From assembly GCA_044222185.1 (NCBI GenBank), contig JBGANV010000014.1:9361-73360 (forward strand): a stretch of 64,000 nt of DNA. The letters are read 5' to 3'. Made by a program: the position numbers and the translations under genes. Of this stretch, positions 1-9,976 are shown in pieces (positions within the stretch are counted from its first letter, which is position 1; every line of letters begins with the position of its first letter). A model generated the notes under the pieces. It was not told the origin of the DNA, did no database searches, and was given only the letters and a program-made list of their open reading frames with translations. This stretch comes from Planctomycetota bacterium (GTDB taxonomy: Bacteria > Planctomycetota > GCA-002687715 > CAIWVZ01).

Positions 1-2
1 TG

Positions 3-425
3 CGCTCGGAAGTCGTTCCGCCGAACTCGAACCGCTTCGGCCCCTCGACGCCGGGCTCGGGGAACGTTCCGCCGCAGATGCTCGCGACGTCGCCGTTGGC
101 GATCAACGTGCCTGATTGGAAGATCGGGCTCGGGCGCGCGCTCGGCGGAACGCAGGCGTTCCTCGTGCTCGCGACCAACGACTCGGTGCCGGCGACGAAC
201 ATCAATGGCCTCCTCGTCAACCTGGACATCAACCAGCTCGTGACGTCGATCCCCGTTCCGACTTCGGGTGCGGGACCCGACAACGGCGCGGCCACGGTGC
301 ACCTCGCGATCGGCAACGCCCCGGCGCTCGTCGGTGCCGACGCCTACTTCCAGTGGGTGATCTTGGATCCGGCCGGCGCGGGCGGCGTTTCTGCCTCCCA
401 GGGCGCACGCTTCCAGATCTTCTGA
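3..425 (+). CDS. 3' part of a probably secreted protein (5'-truncated by the window) ending in the recurring type I C-terminal domain
   Basis: Frame is open from position 3 to TGA 423-425. It ends ...VGADAYFQWVILDPAGAGGVSASQGARFQIF, matching the terminal motif of other secreted proteins in the window. Confidence 0.75.
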   Translation, partial: RSEVVPPNSNRFGPSTPGSGNVPPQMLATSPLAINVPDWKIGLGRALGGTQAFLVLATNDSVPATNINGLLVNLDINQLVTSIPVPTSGAGPDNGAATVHLAIGNAPALVGADAYFQWVILDPAGAGGVSASQGARFQIF

Positions 426-518
426 CGGGCCTCTGATGGCTTCGGGCGACGGGCTGCCGGCCTGTCGCCCAAATTCCTCTGCTGTTAGCCTGCGCGCTCA
501 AACAGCAGAGGCCATGTC

Positions 519-3176
519 ATGAAGACGGCGGCGCAGATTCGCAGCGACTTTCTCGAGTTCTTCCGGCAGCGCGGGCACGCGATCGTCCCTTCCGCGCCCG
601 TCTTTCCACAGGACGACCCGACGCTCCTCTTCACGAACGCCGGGATGAACCAGTTCAAGGACGTGTTCCTCGGCAACGGGACGCGTCCGTACTCGCGCGC
701 GGCCGATACGCAGAAGTGCATTCGCGTGTCCGGCAAGCACAACGATCTCGAGGAGGTGGGGCGCGACACCTACCACCACACGTTCTTCGAGATGCTCGGG
801 AACTGGTCGTTCGGCGACTACTTCAAGCGCGATGCGATCAAGTGGGCGTGGGAACTCCTGACGAAGGTCTGGGGACTACCCGTCGAGCGTCTGTGGGTCA
901 CCGTCTTCGGCGGCGACGAGAAAGACAAGCTTCCGGCCGATGCCGAGGCCGAGCGCATCTGGATCGAAGAGGCCGGCGTCCCGCGCGACCGCGTGCTGCG
1001 CTTTGGCCGCAAGGACAACTTCTGGGAGATGGGTGACACGGGACCCTGCGGTCCCTGCACCGAGATCCACATCGACCGCGGCGGTCCGGAGACCAACCCT
1101 GCCGACGGCGCGAACCGCAAGACCGGCGTCAATGCCGGCAACGAGCGGTTCATGGAGATCTGGAACAACGTCTTCATCGAGTTCAACCGCAAGGCGGACG
1201 GCTCGCTGGAGAAGCTGCCGTCGCAGCACGTCGACACGGGCATGGGTTTCGAACGCGTCGTCGGCGTGATGCAGGGAAAGAAGAGCAACTACGACACGGA
1301 CGTCTTCACTCCGCTCTTCCGCGTGATCGAGCAGATCACGGGGAAGACGTACACGAGCAAGCTCGAGAGCGAGACGGACGTGGCGTTCCGCGTGATCGCG
1401 GATCACGTGCGCGCGCTCACCGCGGCGATCGCGGACGGGGCGCTCCCCGGCAACGAAGGACGCAGTTACGTGCTCCGGCGGCTGCTGCGCCGCGCGGCCC
1501 GGTTCGGGACGCAGGTGCTCGGCATGCAGGAACCCTTCATCTACAAGGTCGTGCCGGCGGTCGTCGCCGTGCTCGGGGACACGTTCCCCGAGATGAAGGC
1601 GCGCGAGAAGCACGTGCAGACCGTCATCGAGGCGGAGGAGAAGGCATTCGCCGTCACGCTCACGAAGGGCGTGGCGTTGTTCGAAGCCGTCGCGGAGAAG
1701 GTCGTGGCTTCGGGCTCGCCGTTCATTCCCGGCGAGACGGCGTACCAGCTCTACGCGACGTACGGATTCCCCCGTGACCTCGTCGACCTCATGGCCCGTG
1801 ATCGCGGGCTCGAGGTGGACGAAGCGGGTTGGGCGTCCGCCGAGGACGCGCACAAGACGGCGTCACGCGGTGAAGGCGGCGGCAAGTATCTCGTCGACCC
1901 GGACCTGCTCCGCGATCTGCCCCAGACGCAAGTCGCCTGCTATCGCGACGGCGCCAGCGATGGCACTCAGGCCGACGTGAAGCCGCTGAAGGTGATCGAC
2001 GGCACGCGCCTCGTGCTCGATCGGACGCCGTTCTACGCCGAGTCCGGCGGGCAGGTCGGCGATGCGGGCGTGATCGAAGCGCCCGGCTTCCGCTTCGTCG
2101 TCACGGACACCCAGAAGATGGGCAAGATCGTGATCCACGTGGGCAAGCTCGAGCAGGGGAGTGCGGGAGCGCTCCCGGCGAAGGCCACGGCGCGTGTGGA
2201 TCTCGGCCGGCGCCTCGACACGATGGCGAATCACACGGCGACGCACCTGCTGCACTGGGCGTTGCACCAGGTCGTCGGCCATCACGCGACGCAGCAGGGC
2301 TCGCTCGTCGCGCCCGATCGCCTTCGGTTCGACTTCACCCACACCAAGGGTCTGTCGCTGGAGGAGATCGAGAAGATCGAGGAGCTGGTCAACCGGCGGA
2401 TCATCGAGGACACCTCGCTCCAGACGACGGTCGAGAACCTCGCGTCGGCGAAGGCTCGCGGCGTCACCGCGCTCTTCGGCGAGAAGTACGAGGAGAACGT
2501 CCGCGTCGTGAACATCGGCGGCTTCTCACAGGAGCTGTGCGGCGGCACGCACTGCGCGGCGACGGGTCAGATCGGCGCGTTCGCGATCCTCTCCGAGTCG
2601 GCGGTCCAGGCTGGCGTGCGGCGGCTCGAGGCCGTGACGCGCTCGGCTGCGATCAAGCGGTTGCAGGAGCAGCGGCGCGTGCTCAAGGAGGCGGCTGGGT
2701 TGCTCAAGGCTTCCGAGGGCGAACTCGCCAAGCGGATCGCGCAGCTCCAGGATCAATTGAAGGAGGCGCGAAAGGGCGGCGAGCGCGGCCGTCAGGCGGA
2801 CGTGAATGCCGTGGCGTCCGATCTGCTCGCGAAGGCCAAGGTCGTCGGCGCGGCGAAGGTGATCGTGTCGCAAGTGGACGTGGCGCCGGAAGCCTTGGCG
2901 CAGATCGCCGATGCCCTGCGCAACAACCGCACGGGCGTCGCCGGGCTGCTCGCATCCGTCGACGACGGCAAGGTGAGCCTGCTCGCGTTCGCCTCGAAGG
3001 ATCTGGCCGAGTCGAAGAAGGTCCACGCCGGCAACCTCGTGAAGGAAGTGGCTCCGGTCGTCGGCGGTGGCGGCGGTGGTCGTCCCGATCTCGCCCAGGC
3101 CGGAGGCAAGGACGCCTCGCGCATCGCCGACGCTCTCGCGAAGGCCAGCGAGATCCTGTCGCGCGCGCTGAGTTGA
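519..3176 (+). CDS. alaS: Alanine--tRNA ligase
   Basis: 885 aa with DPTLLFTNAGMNQFK, HHTFFEMLGNWSFGDYFK, DTGMGFER, editing-domain HTATHLL and ELCGGTH, and C-terminal GGGGGRPDLAQAGG. Confidence 0.99.
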   Translation: MKTAAQIRSDFLEFFRQRGHAIVPSAPVFPQDDPTLLFTNAGMNQFKDVFLGNGTRPYSRAADTQKCIRVSGKHNDLEEVGRDTYHHTFFEMLGNWSFGDYFKRDAIKWAWELLTKVWGLPVERLWVTVFGGDEKDKLPADAEAERIWIEEAGVPRDRVLRFGRKDNFWEMGDTGPCGPCTEIHIDRGGPETNPADGANRKTGVNAGNERFMEIWNNVFIEFNRKADGSLEKLPSQHVDTGMGFERVVGVMQGKKSNYDTDVFTPLFRVIEQITGKTYTSKLESETDVAFRVIADHVRALTAAIADGALPGNEGRSYVLRRLLRRAARFGTQVLGMQEPFIYKVVPAVVAVLGDTFPEMKAREKHVQTVIEAEEKAFAVTLTKGVALFEAVAEKVVASGSPFIPGETAYQLYATYGFPRDLVDLMARDRGLEVDEAGWASAEDAHKTASRGEGGGKYLVDPDLLRDLPQTQVACYRDGASDGTQADVKPLKVIDGTRLVLDRTPFYAESGGQVGDAGVIEAPGFRFVVTDTQKMGKIVIHVGKLEQGSAGALPAKATARVDLGRRLDTMANHTATHLLHWALHQVVGHHATQQGSLVAPDRLRFDFTHTKGLSLEEIEKIEELVNRRIIEDTSLQTTVENLASAKARGVTALFGEKYEENVRVVNIGGFSQELCGGTHCAATGQIGAFAILSESAVQAGVRRLEAVTRSAAIKRLQEQRRVLKEAAGLLKASEGELAKRIAQLQDQLKEARKGGERGRQADVNAVASDLLAKAKVVGAAKVIVSQVDVAPEALAQIADALRNNRTGVAGLLASVDDGKVSLLAFASKDLAESKKVHAGNLVKEVAPVVGGGGGGRPDLAQAGGKDASRIADALAKASEILSRALS

Positions 3177-3508
3177 TCAACCGGAGCGCCAGGCTCGGCC
3201 TGGCTGGACCGGCGGGGCACCAGCCCCGCCGTGATCGTGGTGGTCGATCCGGTCGCGGCGGTGGCCAGATGTCAGCGGAACGAAGGTTGGCGGCGGATCC
3301 CGGCGAGTCCGGAGGCCTCGCCAACCGGCCGTGTGGAACACGGCGCTCCGACACCGCCGCAGGTGTCGCGGTGGCCCAACCCTGTTCTTCGTGAAGCGTG
3401 CCCGCCGCTCGGGCCACATGGTGCTCTGGTTCGGCCTCGTCTTCGGGTTTGGAATCTCCGGGCTGATGAACGTTTGGTGCAGCCAGCAGTGAACGCTGCG
3501 TCCGCGCC

Positions 3509-3859
3509 ATGACGGATCCCAACGCCCACGACGATTTGCCTCCGCCCGCACCGCCCGATGAACCAGTCGGATGCATCACCGTCTTCGGCACGGTGGGTCT
3601 GAGCCTCGTCATCGTGGTCGTCGACGTGACCGTCTGTGGCGTTGTCGCGTCGTGGCTGCGGACGGTGGGAGCCTCGGGCGCAGGCCAGGCGTGGTGTTTC
3701 GCCCCGATTTCCCTCCTCGAGCTGATCGCCGTGATCGTGGCCCTGCGCCCCATCAATCCGAAGATGTCGCGAGACGCAATCGCGCTGCGGGTCGGCATTG
3801 CTGCCGGCTGCGCCATCGCGGCGGGCCTGAACACGGCCTGCTGGCGTGTGTACGGCTGA
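3509..3859 (+). CDS. Small hypothetical membrane protein (about 3 TM segments)
   Basis: 116 aa: Pro-rich N-terminus followed by three hydrophobic stretches; fills the gap between alaS and the next gene. Confidence 0.55.
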   Translation: MTDPNAHDDLPPPAPPDEPVGCITVFGTVGLSLVIVVVDVTVCGVVASWLRTVGASGAGQAWCFAPISLLELIAVIVALRPINPKMSRDAIALRVGIAAGCAIAAGLNTACWRVYG

Positions 3860-3889
3860 CCGACGTCAGGGCCCGTCTCCCCCCGCCGA

Positions 3890-3895
3890 TACACT
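3890..3895 (+). promoter_or_regulatory. Putative -10 box (TACACT) of a leaderless transcript
   Basis: TAnnnT hexamer 7 nt upstream of ATG 3903, with no Shine-Dalgarno sequence. Confidence 0.5.
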
Positions 3896-3902
3896 CCGCG
3901 CC

Positions 3903-4364
3903 ATGGCCACCACCAAACCCTCGCCGAAGAAGAAGGGCATGCGGTCGCGCACGCCGTGGGCGACGAAGCTCAGGCCCGACCTGGCACCCCAGGTCATCAC
4001 CGACATGCGCACGGGCGGCACCATGCTCATCCCGACGCCGATGCTCGTGGCCGCCGAGATCCGCAAGGCGCGCCGTGGGAAGCTGATCACCGCTGTCGAG
4101 ATTCGCGAGCGCCTCGCCGAGGCACACCACGCCGACGTGACGTGCCCGATGACCACCGGCATCTTCATCAACATCGTTGCGGGCGCCACGGAGGACGATC
4201 GCGCAGCAGGCCGCAAGCTTCTGGCGCCTTGGTGGCGTGTCGTCGACGCGAAGGGGCGCATCAGCGAGAAGACGCCCCCGGGCCCCGAGCTTCAGGCCAG
4301 GTTGCTGCGAGACGAGGGCCACACGGTGTCACAGGTCGGCAGGCATCGTGTCGTCGATGCGTGA
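3903..4364 (+). CDS. MGMT-family alkyltransferase-like (ATL) DNA-binding protein
   Basis: HTH-like segment, TCPMTTGIF, then PWWRVV in place of the catalytic PCHRV, and Q..LL..EG at the C-terminus. Confidence 0.8.
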   Translation: MATTKPSPKKKGMRSRTPWATKLRPDLAPQVITDMRTGGTMLIPTPMLVAAEIRKARRGKLITAVEIRERLAEAHHADVTCPMTTGIFINIVAGATEDDRAAGRKLLAPWWRVVDAKGRISEKTPPGPELQARLLRDEGHTVSQVGRHRVVDA

Positions 4365-4640
4365 CACCAACCCTCGCAGTGCGAGGCGATCGTTTCAGTG
4401 GATGAAGACTGTCCGTCGCATGTGATCCACTGCGATACGCCGTCGCATCCGGTCCGTCAGGATTCAGTCGAGAATGGGTCGCGTCCGATCCAAGAAGTAG
4501 ATCGTGCCACGCGGCGTAGGCGTGCGCGCGTCTTCACCGCGGTCGGCGGATGCCGGCTGCGGATTGGGGTTGGTTGGGGAGAACGGACGGTGCGCGACGT
4601 TGGATCGTCGCCGGATCCGTCCGTGGCGGAGGAACACTCG

Positions 4641-6140
4641 ATGAACGGAATCCGTTTTCGGTTGCGTGATGCGCGGGACACCGGTGTCGTCGAGCGCAGG
4701 GCCGCAGTCGCGGCCCTCATCGCGCTCGTGTTCGGAGTGAGCCTGCTGCAGAGCTGTGGCAACGACTCCTTCGACGCTCCGGCGAACGCCGAAACGCAGT
4801 CGCTCGCACGATGGAACCAGATCTCCATCGATGCGAGCGGCCTCGATCACACTCCGTCGAACGTGGGGTTGCCTCACGTGTTCGGCCAGCAGGTCGGCCC
4901 CTGCCGCGCAGCGCGCGCCATCGCCATCGTCCACATCGCCATGTACGACGTCGTGAATGCGATCGAGGGCGGCTTCCAGAGCTACACGGGCCTGGGTCCG
5001 GCACAGCCTGGGACGTCGCCGATCGCGGCGATAGCCCAAGCGGCGCACGACACCCTGTCGGCGTTGTTCCCATCCCAGAGCGCGATCTTCGATTCGGCAC
5101 TCGCGGAGGACCTGGGCCGCGTGGATTCCGTGGCGGCACGGAACAAGGGAGTCGTGCTGGGGCAGACGGCGGCAACCGCCATCCTCGCCATGCGCGCGAA
5201 CGACGGCTCGTCGCAGCCCGAACCGCAGGTGAACCTGGGGTTCTTGTGCAGCGATCAGCCCGGGTTCTGGCGGCAGGACCCGATCAGCATGCATCCGCTT
5301 GCTCTCGGCGCCGATTGGCAACAGGTGACACCATTCGTGATGGCGACGGCGCAGCAGTTCCGCGCGCCGACCCCGCCGGCGTTGTCGAGCCCGGAGTATG
5401 CCACGGCCTACGACGAGGTGAAGACCCTGGGTGGCGATGGCGTCATCACGCCGACGACGCGCACGCAAGAACAGACCGAGATCGGAATCTTCTGGGCCTA
5501 CGACGGCACGCCGAGCCTGTGTGCGCCGCCGCGCCTCTACAACCAGATCGCCCTGCAGATCGCGCGCCAACGAGGCACCGAGGGGCTGGACCTCGCACGG
5601 TTGCTCATGCTGACGAACGTCGCCATGGCGGACGCAGGGATCGCCATCTGGGAATCGAAGTACTACTACCAGCTGTGGCGTCCGATCACGGGCATCCGCG
5701 AGTCGGATGCCGGCACGGGCCCGACGGGGCTCGGAGATGGCAACGCCGCGACGACCGGCGATCCGAACTTCATGCCCCTCGGCGCGCCGGCGAGCAACCT
5801 CAACGGTCCGAACTTCACCCCGCCGTTCCCGTCGTACCCATCGGGTCACGCCGGCTTCGGTGGCGCGCTCTTCCAGACGTTGCGCCGCTTCTACGGCACG
5901 GATGAGATCGCGTTCACGTTCGTCTCGGACGAGTACAACGGCGTCACGCACGACAACCAGGGGAACGTGAGGCCCTACCTTCCGAGGTCGTTCATGAACC
6001 TCAGCGAGGCCGAGGAGGAGAACGGCCAGAGCCGGATCTACCTCGGAATCCACTGGTCGTACGACAAGACCGAGGGCATCACGCTCGGCCGGAACGTGGC
6101 CGACTGGGTCTTCGACCACTCCGCGCTGCCTGGCTCGTGA
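4641..6140 (+). CDS. Vanadium-dependent haloperoxidase (PAP2 superfamily), possible lipoprotein
   Basis: Vanadate-binding motifs KYYYQLWRP, PPFPSYPSGH and SRIYLGIHW. GGAGG RBS before ATG 4641; hydrophobic segment ending LLQS-C. Confidence 0.9.
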   Translation: MNGIRFRLRDARDTGVVERRAAVAALIALVFGVSLLQSCGNDSFDAPANAETQSLARWNQISIDASGLDHTPSNVGLPHVFGQQVGPCRAARAIAIVHIAMYDVVNAIEGGFQSYTGLGPAQPGTSPIAAIAQAAHDTLSALFPSQSAIFDSALAEDLGRVDSVAARNKGVVLGQTAATAILAMRANDGSSQPEPQVNLGFLCSDQPGFWRQDPISMHPLALGADWQQVTPFVMATAQQFRAPTPPALSSPEYATAYDEVKTLGGDGVITPTTRTQEQTEIGIFWAYDGTPSLCAPPRLYNQIALQIARQRGTEGLDLARLLMLTNVAMADAGIAIWESKYYYQLWRPITGIRESDAGTGPTGLGDGNAATTGDPNFMPLGAPASNLNGPNFTPPFPSYPSGHAGFGGALFQTLRRFYGTDEIAFTFVSDEYNGVTHDNQGNVRPYLPRSFMNLSEAEEENGQSRIYLGIHWSYDKTEGITLGRNVADWVFDHSALPGS

Positions 6141-6181
6141 ACGCGCTGACGGCGTCGCATGAACGCGACGCCGCGAGGTCG

Positions 6182-7102
6182 TCAGAGGATCTGCAGTCCC
6201 GACGCCTGTGACAGACAGAAGCCGTCGGGCATCGATGGCGTGAGCATGATCGTCTGCGCGCCGATGAACGTGCCCTGATTCGTGAACGCCGCCGGGATGC
6301 TCCCCGGCACGAACGCGTTCTGGAACGCGCCCCCAAACAGCAGGTTGAAGCTGAGGTGGTTCAGATCGAGGTTGAAGATCTGGCCGTTGGCGGTCGTGAG
6401 GCCGAGCGGGAGCATGGGCGTGTTGACCGTGTAGGCCACGTCCCAGGGTGCGCCGGCCAGTCCCGAGAACGCGATGGTCACGGTCTGCCCGGCCGGCACG
6501 GACGTGATCGCCGGCGTGAAACCGTTCGACAGGACGCCGTCGGCCGTCATGCCGGAGCAGGCCTGATTCGTCTGCCAGGCGACGACGTTGCAGATGATGC
6601 GAAACTTCCACGCGAGGCTTTGGAAGGGCCCGCTCCATGACGCGCCGGCGTTGAACGACCCGCGATACGGCTGGATCGACGCCGTCGAGGTCACGGGTTC
6701 AACTGAAGCCTGGGCGCCGTTCTGCGGACCCCAGACGATCCAGTACGTCGCGCCCGCCGTGAGGGCGATCGGCGTCGGGAGTGTTGCGCCCTGCCAGTTC
6801 GGGGCGCCGGTCATGGACCAGGAGCCGGTGCCGAGGTTCGTGCCCGGCTGATTCGAGCCGGCATTGTGCGACCAGATCCCGATCGTGTTGGTTCCGCTGC
6901 CGATTCCCGTGAAGACCTCGACTCCCGACGCCGTGATGCCGGAGGGTGCGGTGAAGCGGATGCCGAGAAGGAGGTTTGGTCCCCCCATCGACGTGGCGGG
7001 GTCGAACGCGTTGCCTCCGTTCTCCGCGTAACAGGCTTGTGCGGCCCCGATCGAAACCAGGAGGTCGAGCGCAAGGACGGTGAAGATCATCCGGTGAAGC
7101 AT
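6182..7102 (-). CDS. Secreted protein: N-terminal beta-sandwich (DUF4082-like) plus type I terminal domain
   Basis: Signal peptide MLHRMIFTVLAL...GAA-Q. Contains LGIRFTAP...IALTAGATYWIV and ends GTFIGAQTIMLTPSMPDGFCLSQASGLQIL. Confidence 0.75.
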   Translation of the reverse strand: MLHRMIFTVLALDLLVSIGAAQACYAENGGNAFDPATSMGGPNLLLGIRFTAPSGITASGVEVFTGIGSGTNTIGIWSHNAGSNQPGTNLGTGSWSMTGAPNWQGATLPTPIALTAGATYWIVWGPQNGAQASVEPVTSTASIQPYRGSFNAGASWSGPFQSLAWKFRIICNVVAWQTNQACSGMTADGVLSNGFTPAITSVPAGQTVTIAFSGLAGAPWDVAYTVNTPMLPLGLTTANGQIFNLDLNHLSFNLLFGGAFQNAFVPGSIPAAFTNQGTFIGAQTIMLTPSMPDGFCLSQASGLQIL

Positions 7103-7263
7103 GGCTGGATTCTGCGGTTGTGTGGTCGGGTGAGCGGACGCCGATGGCGGCGGGCGCGCATTGTAGGCGACTCGCCGGCGGTAGCGCACACGACTCATTT
7201 CACTCGACACTATTGCGTCTTGTGGAATGCGGCGTTGAGATGTGACCGAAGGAACAGGCTGTC

Positions 7264-9876
7264 GTGCGGACCCTTGCTGTCGTCGTCATCGGGATCGGTA
7301 TTCTCGTCGGACTGATCGTCCTCTCGTCTCGCGACCTGAGCGGCGACGGAGCGGACACCCCGCGGTCCATCCCGATGATCGCTCTCACGCCGTCGTTTCC
7401 GCTGAACGCGACGCCTCCTGGCGTCCCCGACCAGTCACCGGTCGGTGTCGTTCGAATCGAGCAGGACGACGCTCAGGTTGGTCCCGACCTACCCGTGACC
7501 CCCTCCCTGGACTTCGGTGTGACGGTCCTCGTTCTCGACGCCGATTTCGCCACGCCCGTGAACGGCGCGGACGTCTATTACGCAACGGCGGCCGATGGCG
7601 AGCAGGAGTTCGAGCCGCCGTCCCTGACGCCGGTGGAATCCGAGCGATGGGCACGCACGCACGGTTTGCGATTCCGGACCAACGAACGCGGCCTCGTTCG
7701 CGTTCCGCAGTCGGGAGCGCCGGCACGCGTGATCGTCCGAAACCGGGAGAAGTCGTGCCGCGCCGTCATCCCAGCCATTGGCTCGACGCGCGTTTCCGTC
7801 CTCGTGCGCCCGCCCGTTTCGATCGCGGTGGCGGCGAGCGGTCCACAGGGTGAGCCCGCGCCCGGAATCCCCTTGCTGATCTCCGCAGAGACCGGCCGGG
7901 GCTGGGAACCGATTTCCATCGCCGCGACACGCGCCACGGATTCGACTGCGCATTTCGACAACGTGTCGATGCTGCGCGCCCTCGCGCCGTTCACCCGCGT
8001 CTCCGTGCGTCCGGCGTATTCGCCGCGCAGCGAGCCGGGAGTCATGGCAAGCGTCGCGGATTTCATGGCCGAGCGGAAGCGTCTCCATCTGCCGCCGACT
8101 GCGAGCGTTTCGGTCAAGCTTCGGATGCCTGACGGTGCCCCCGTCGGAGTGCAGGGGCGCGTGGGACTGGACGTGATCGGTCCGAACGACCCGTCGACTT
8201 CGTTCCTTCGCGAGACACCCGCGTTCCATCGCGCGACCAATGCCGACGGTGACGTGACGTTCGAAGGCGTTGCATTGGGGGCGCGCCTCGCGATCCGTGC
8301 GACGACTTCCGAAACGACGGCGGCGGAAGTCATCGTCGCGGGTCCCACGGAGGCCGGTTCGCGGATCCAGGTCGACGTCGCGACGGGCCCTCGCATCCCG
8401 AGGGTCCGGGCCCGCCTCGTCACGGAACAGCGGGAGCCCGTGGCATCACAGGTCGTGACGGTCGTCGCGCGCACGGAATCGGCGTCCGGCCGCGCGTCGG
8501 CCGAGTACACGGCGCATTCGGACTCGGCTGGGCGGCTCTCGCTGCTCCTGCGCGACCTCACCATCGCTGACGTCACCACGCTGCACCTGAGCCTCGGCAC
8601 GCTGGCCACGGGGCGGACGGCGCGGCAGTCCGTGTCGCTCCCTCGCTCGGGGCCCGACGGGTCGTTCGAGCTGGGTGACGTCATTCTCGCCCCCATCCCG
8701 TTGATCGCCTCCGGCATCGTCACCGACGACGCGGGAACACCAGTCGCGGATGCCTCGATCGGCGCGCACCTGGAGCAAGTGGCAGCGGACGCCGCCATCC
8801 GACGGCCGTCCGAGTGGTACCTCCCCAAGGATGCAACGGCGATCTCCGCACCGGACGGCACTTTCACCTTGTACGCGCTCCTTCCGCCGAAACCGCTCGG
8901 CCTCGTCGTGTCCACGAGCACGTACCGCGCCGCCGAGCCGGTTCGCATCACTCCGGGAGTCCGCGGCATCCGACTCGTGATCCCGCGCCCGGGGAATCTC
9001 ACGGGTCGCGTGGTTGCGCCGGCAGGGTGGCTCCCATCCGAGTTCCTGGTCCAGTTTGCGCGGAAGGGAGCGGGTCCCGCGCCACGCGCCGGCGGTTCGA
9101 CGAACGTGATGGAACGCGTGGGACCGGACGGGCGGTTCGCGCTGAACAAGATGGCGCCGGGCTCTGGTGTCGTGTTCCTCGTGCACGAGAATTCGCGGAG
9201 CGAGGCCCTGGTGCGCCTCGACGACGTCGTCGTCGCGAGCGGCGATGCCGGTCCAGACCCCCGGCTGGCGACGCTGACGGTGCCGGGATCGTCGATGCTG
9301 ATCACGGCACGTGCGCGCGGCGAACGTGGTGAGCCCATCCCCGGCACGGCCGTGACCGTGGAGGCGGATGGAAGGCCAGGCCACCATCGACTCGAGAGCC
9401 AGGGTTCGGCTTCGTCGGGCGAGGTGCACCTCGCCTTCGCCGAGCGCAGTCCCAGGACGTTGACGATTCGGGCCCCTGGCCATCGCGCGGTCACCGTCAA
9501 GGACGTTCAGGCGGACGTGACGGTGACCTTGACGGATGGCATTCCCATCACCGTCCACGTCGCAAACCTGCCGCCATTGTCGATGGCGAGCTGCACGTAC
9601 CAGGTGAGAGCGAACGACGTCGTCACGCATGAACTTGCCTCAGCGGTGCTCGACGACTCTGGCAGCGCCGCGCTGAAGATCCCGCATCCCGGGCGGCAGG
9701 ACCTGCAACTGTTCGTCGTCGACGCCGTCGCAGGCGCGCAGCCCTGCGGTCCGCCCATGCGGATCGACGTTGCCGACGTCGCGGGTCCCCAGGCGTTCGA
9801 GGCGATGCTCGCGCCCGCCAACCTGACGGCGATCACCGGCGCCGTCGAATTGTTCCGGCGAGCCTCGGCAAAGTGA
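7264..9876 (+). CDS. Membrane-anchored protein with carboxypeptidase-regulatory-like (CarboxypepD_reg) beta-sandwich repeats
   Basis: N-terminal TM helix; repeated G.V.D..G.PV..A.I and T..DG.F motifs. Confidence 0.75.
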   Translation: MRTLAVVVIGIGILVGLIVLSSRDLSGDGADTPRSIPMIALTPSFPLNATPPGVPDQSPVGVVRIEQDDAQVGPDLPVTPSLDFGVTVLVLDADFATPVNGADVYYATAADGEQEFEPPSLTPVESERWARTHGLRFRTNERGLVRVPQSGAPARVIVRNREKSCRAVIPAIGSTRVSVLVRPPVSIAVAASGPQGEPAPGIPLLISAETGRGWEPISIAATRATDSTAHFDNVSMLRALAPFTRVSVRPAYSPRSEPGVMASVADFMAERKRLHLPPTASVSVKLRMPDGAPVGVQGRVGLDVIGPNDPSTSFLRETPAFHRATNADGDVTFEGVALGARLAIRATTSETTAAEVIVAGPTEAGSRIQVDVATGPRIPRVRARLVTEQREPVASQVVTVVARTESASGRASAEYTAHSDSAGRLSLLLRDLTIADVTTLHLSLGTLATGRTARQSVSLPRSGPDGSFELGDVILAPIPLIASGIVTDDAGTPVADASIGAHLEQVAADAAIRRPSEWYLPKDATAISAPDGTFTLYALLPPKPLGLVVSTSTYRAAEPVRITPGVRGIRLVIPRPGNLTGRVVAPAGWLPSEFLVQFARKGAGPAPRAGGSTNVMERVGPDGRFALNKMAPGSGVVFLVHENSRSEALVRLDDVVVASGDAGPDPRLATLTVPGSSMLITARARGERGEPIPGTAVTVEADGRPGHHRLESQGSASSGEVHLAFAERSPRTLTIRAPGHRAVTVKDVQADVTVTLTDGIPITVHVANLPPLSMASCTYQVRANDVVTHELASAVLDDSGSAALKIPHPGRQDLQLFVVDAVAGAQPCGPPMRIDVADVAGPQAFEAMLAPANLTAITGAVELFRRASAK

Positions 9877-9976
9877 CCCGATCGCCCTCCTTCGCTGGCC
9901 ACGCCGTCGCCGCACGAACGTGCAGGTGCACCACCCGGTGCTCGCGCCGATCGGTCGCTCCGGGACCTCGTGCCGC

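Noticed and set aside
3231-3512. 93-aa ORF between alaS and 3509
   Set aside because: No RBS, motif or typical composition; likely spurious.
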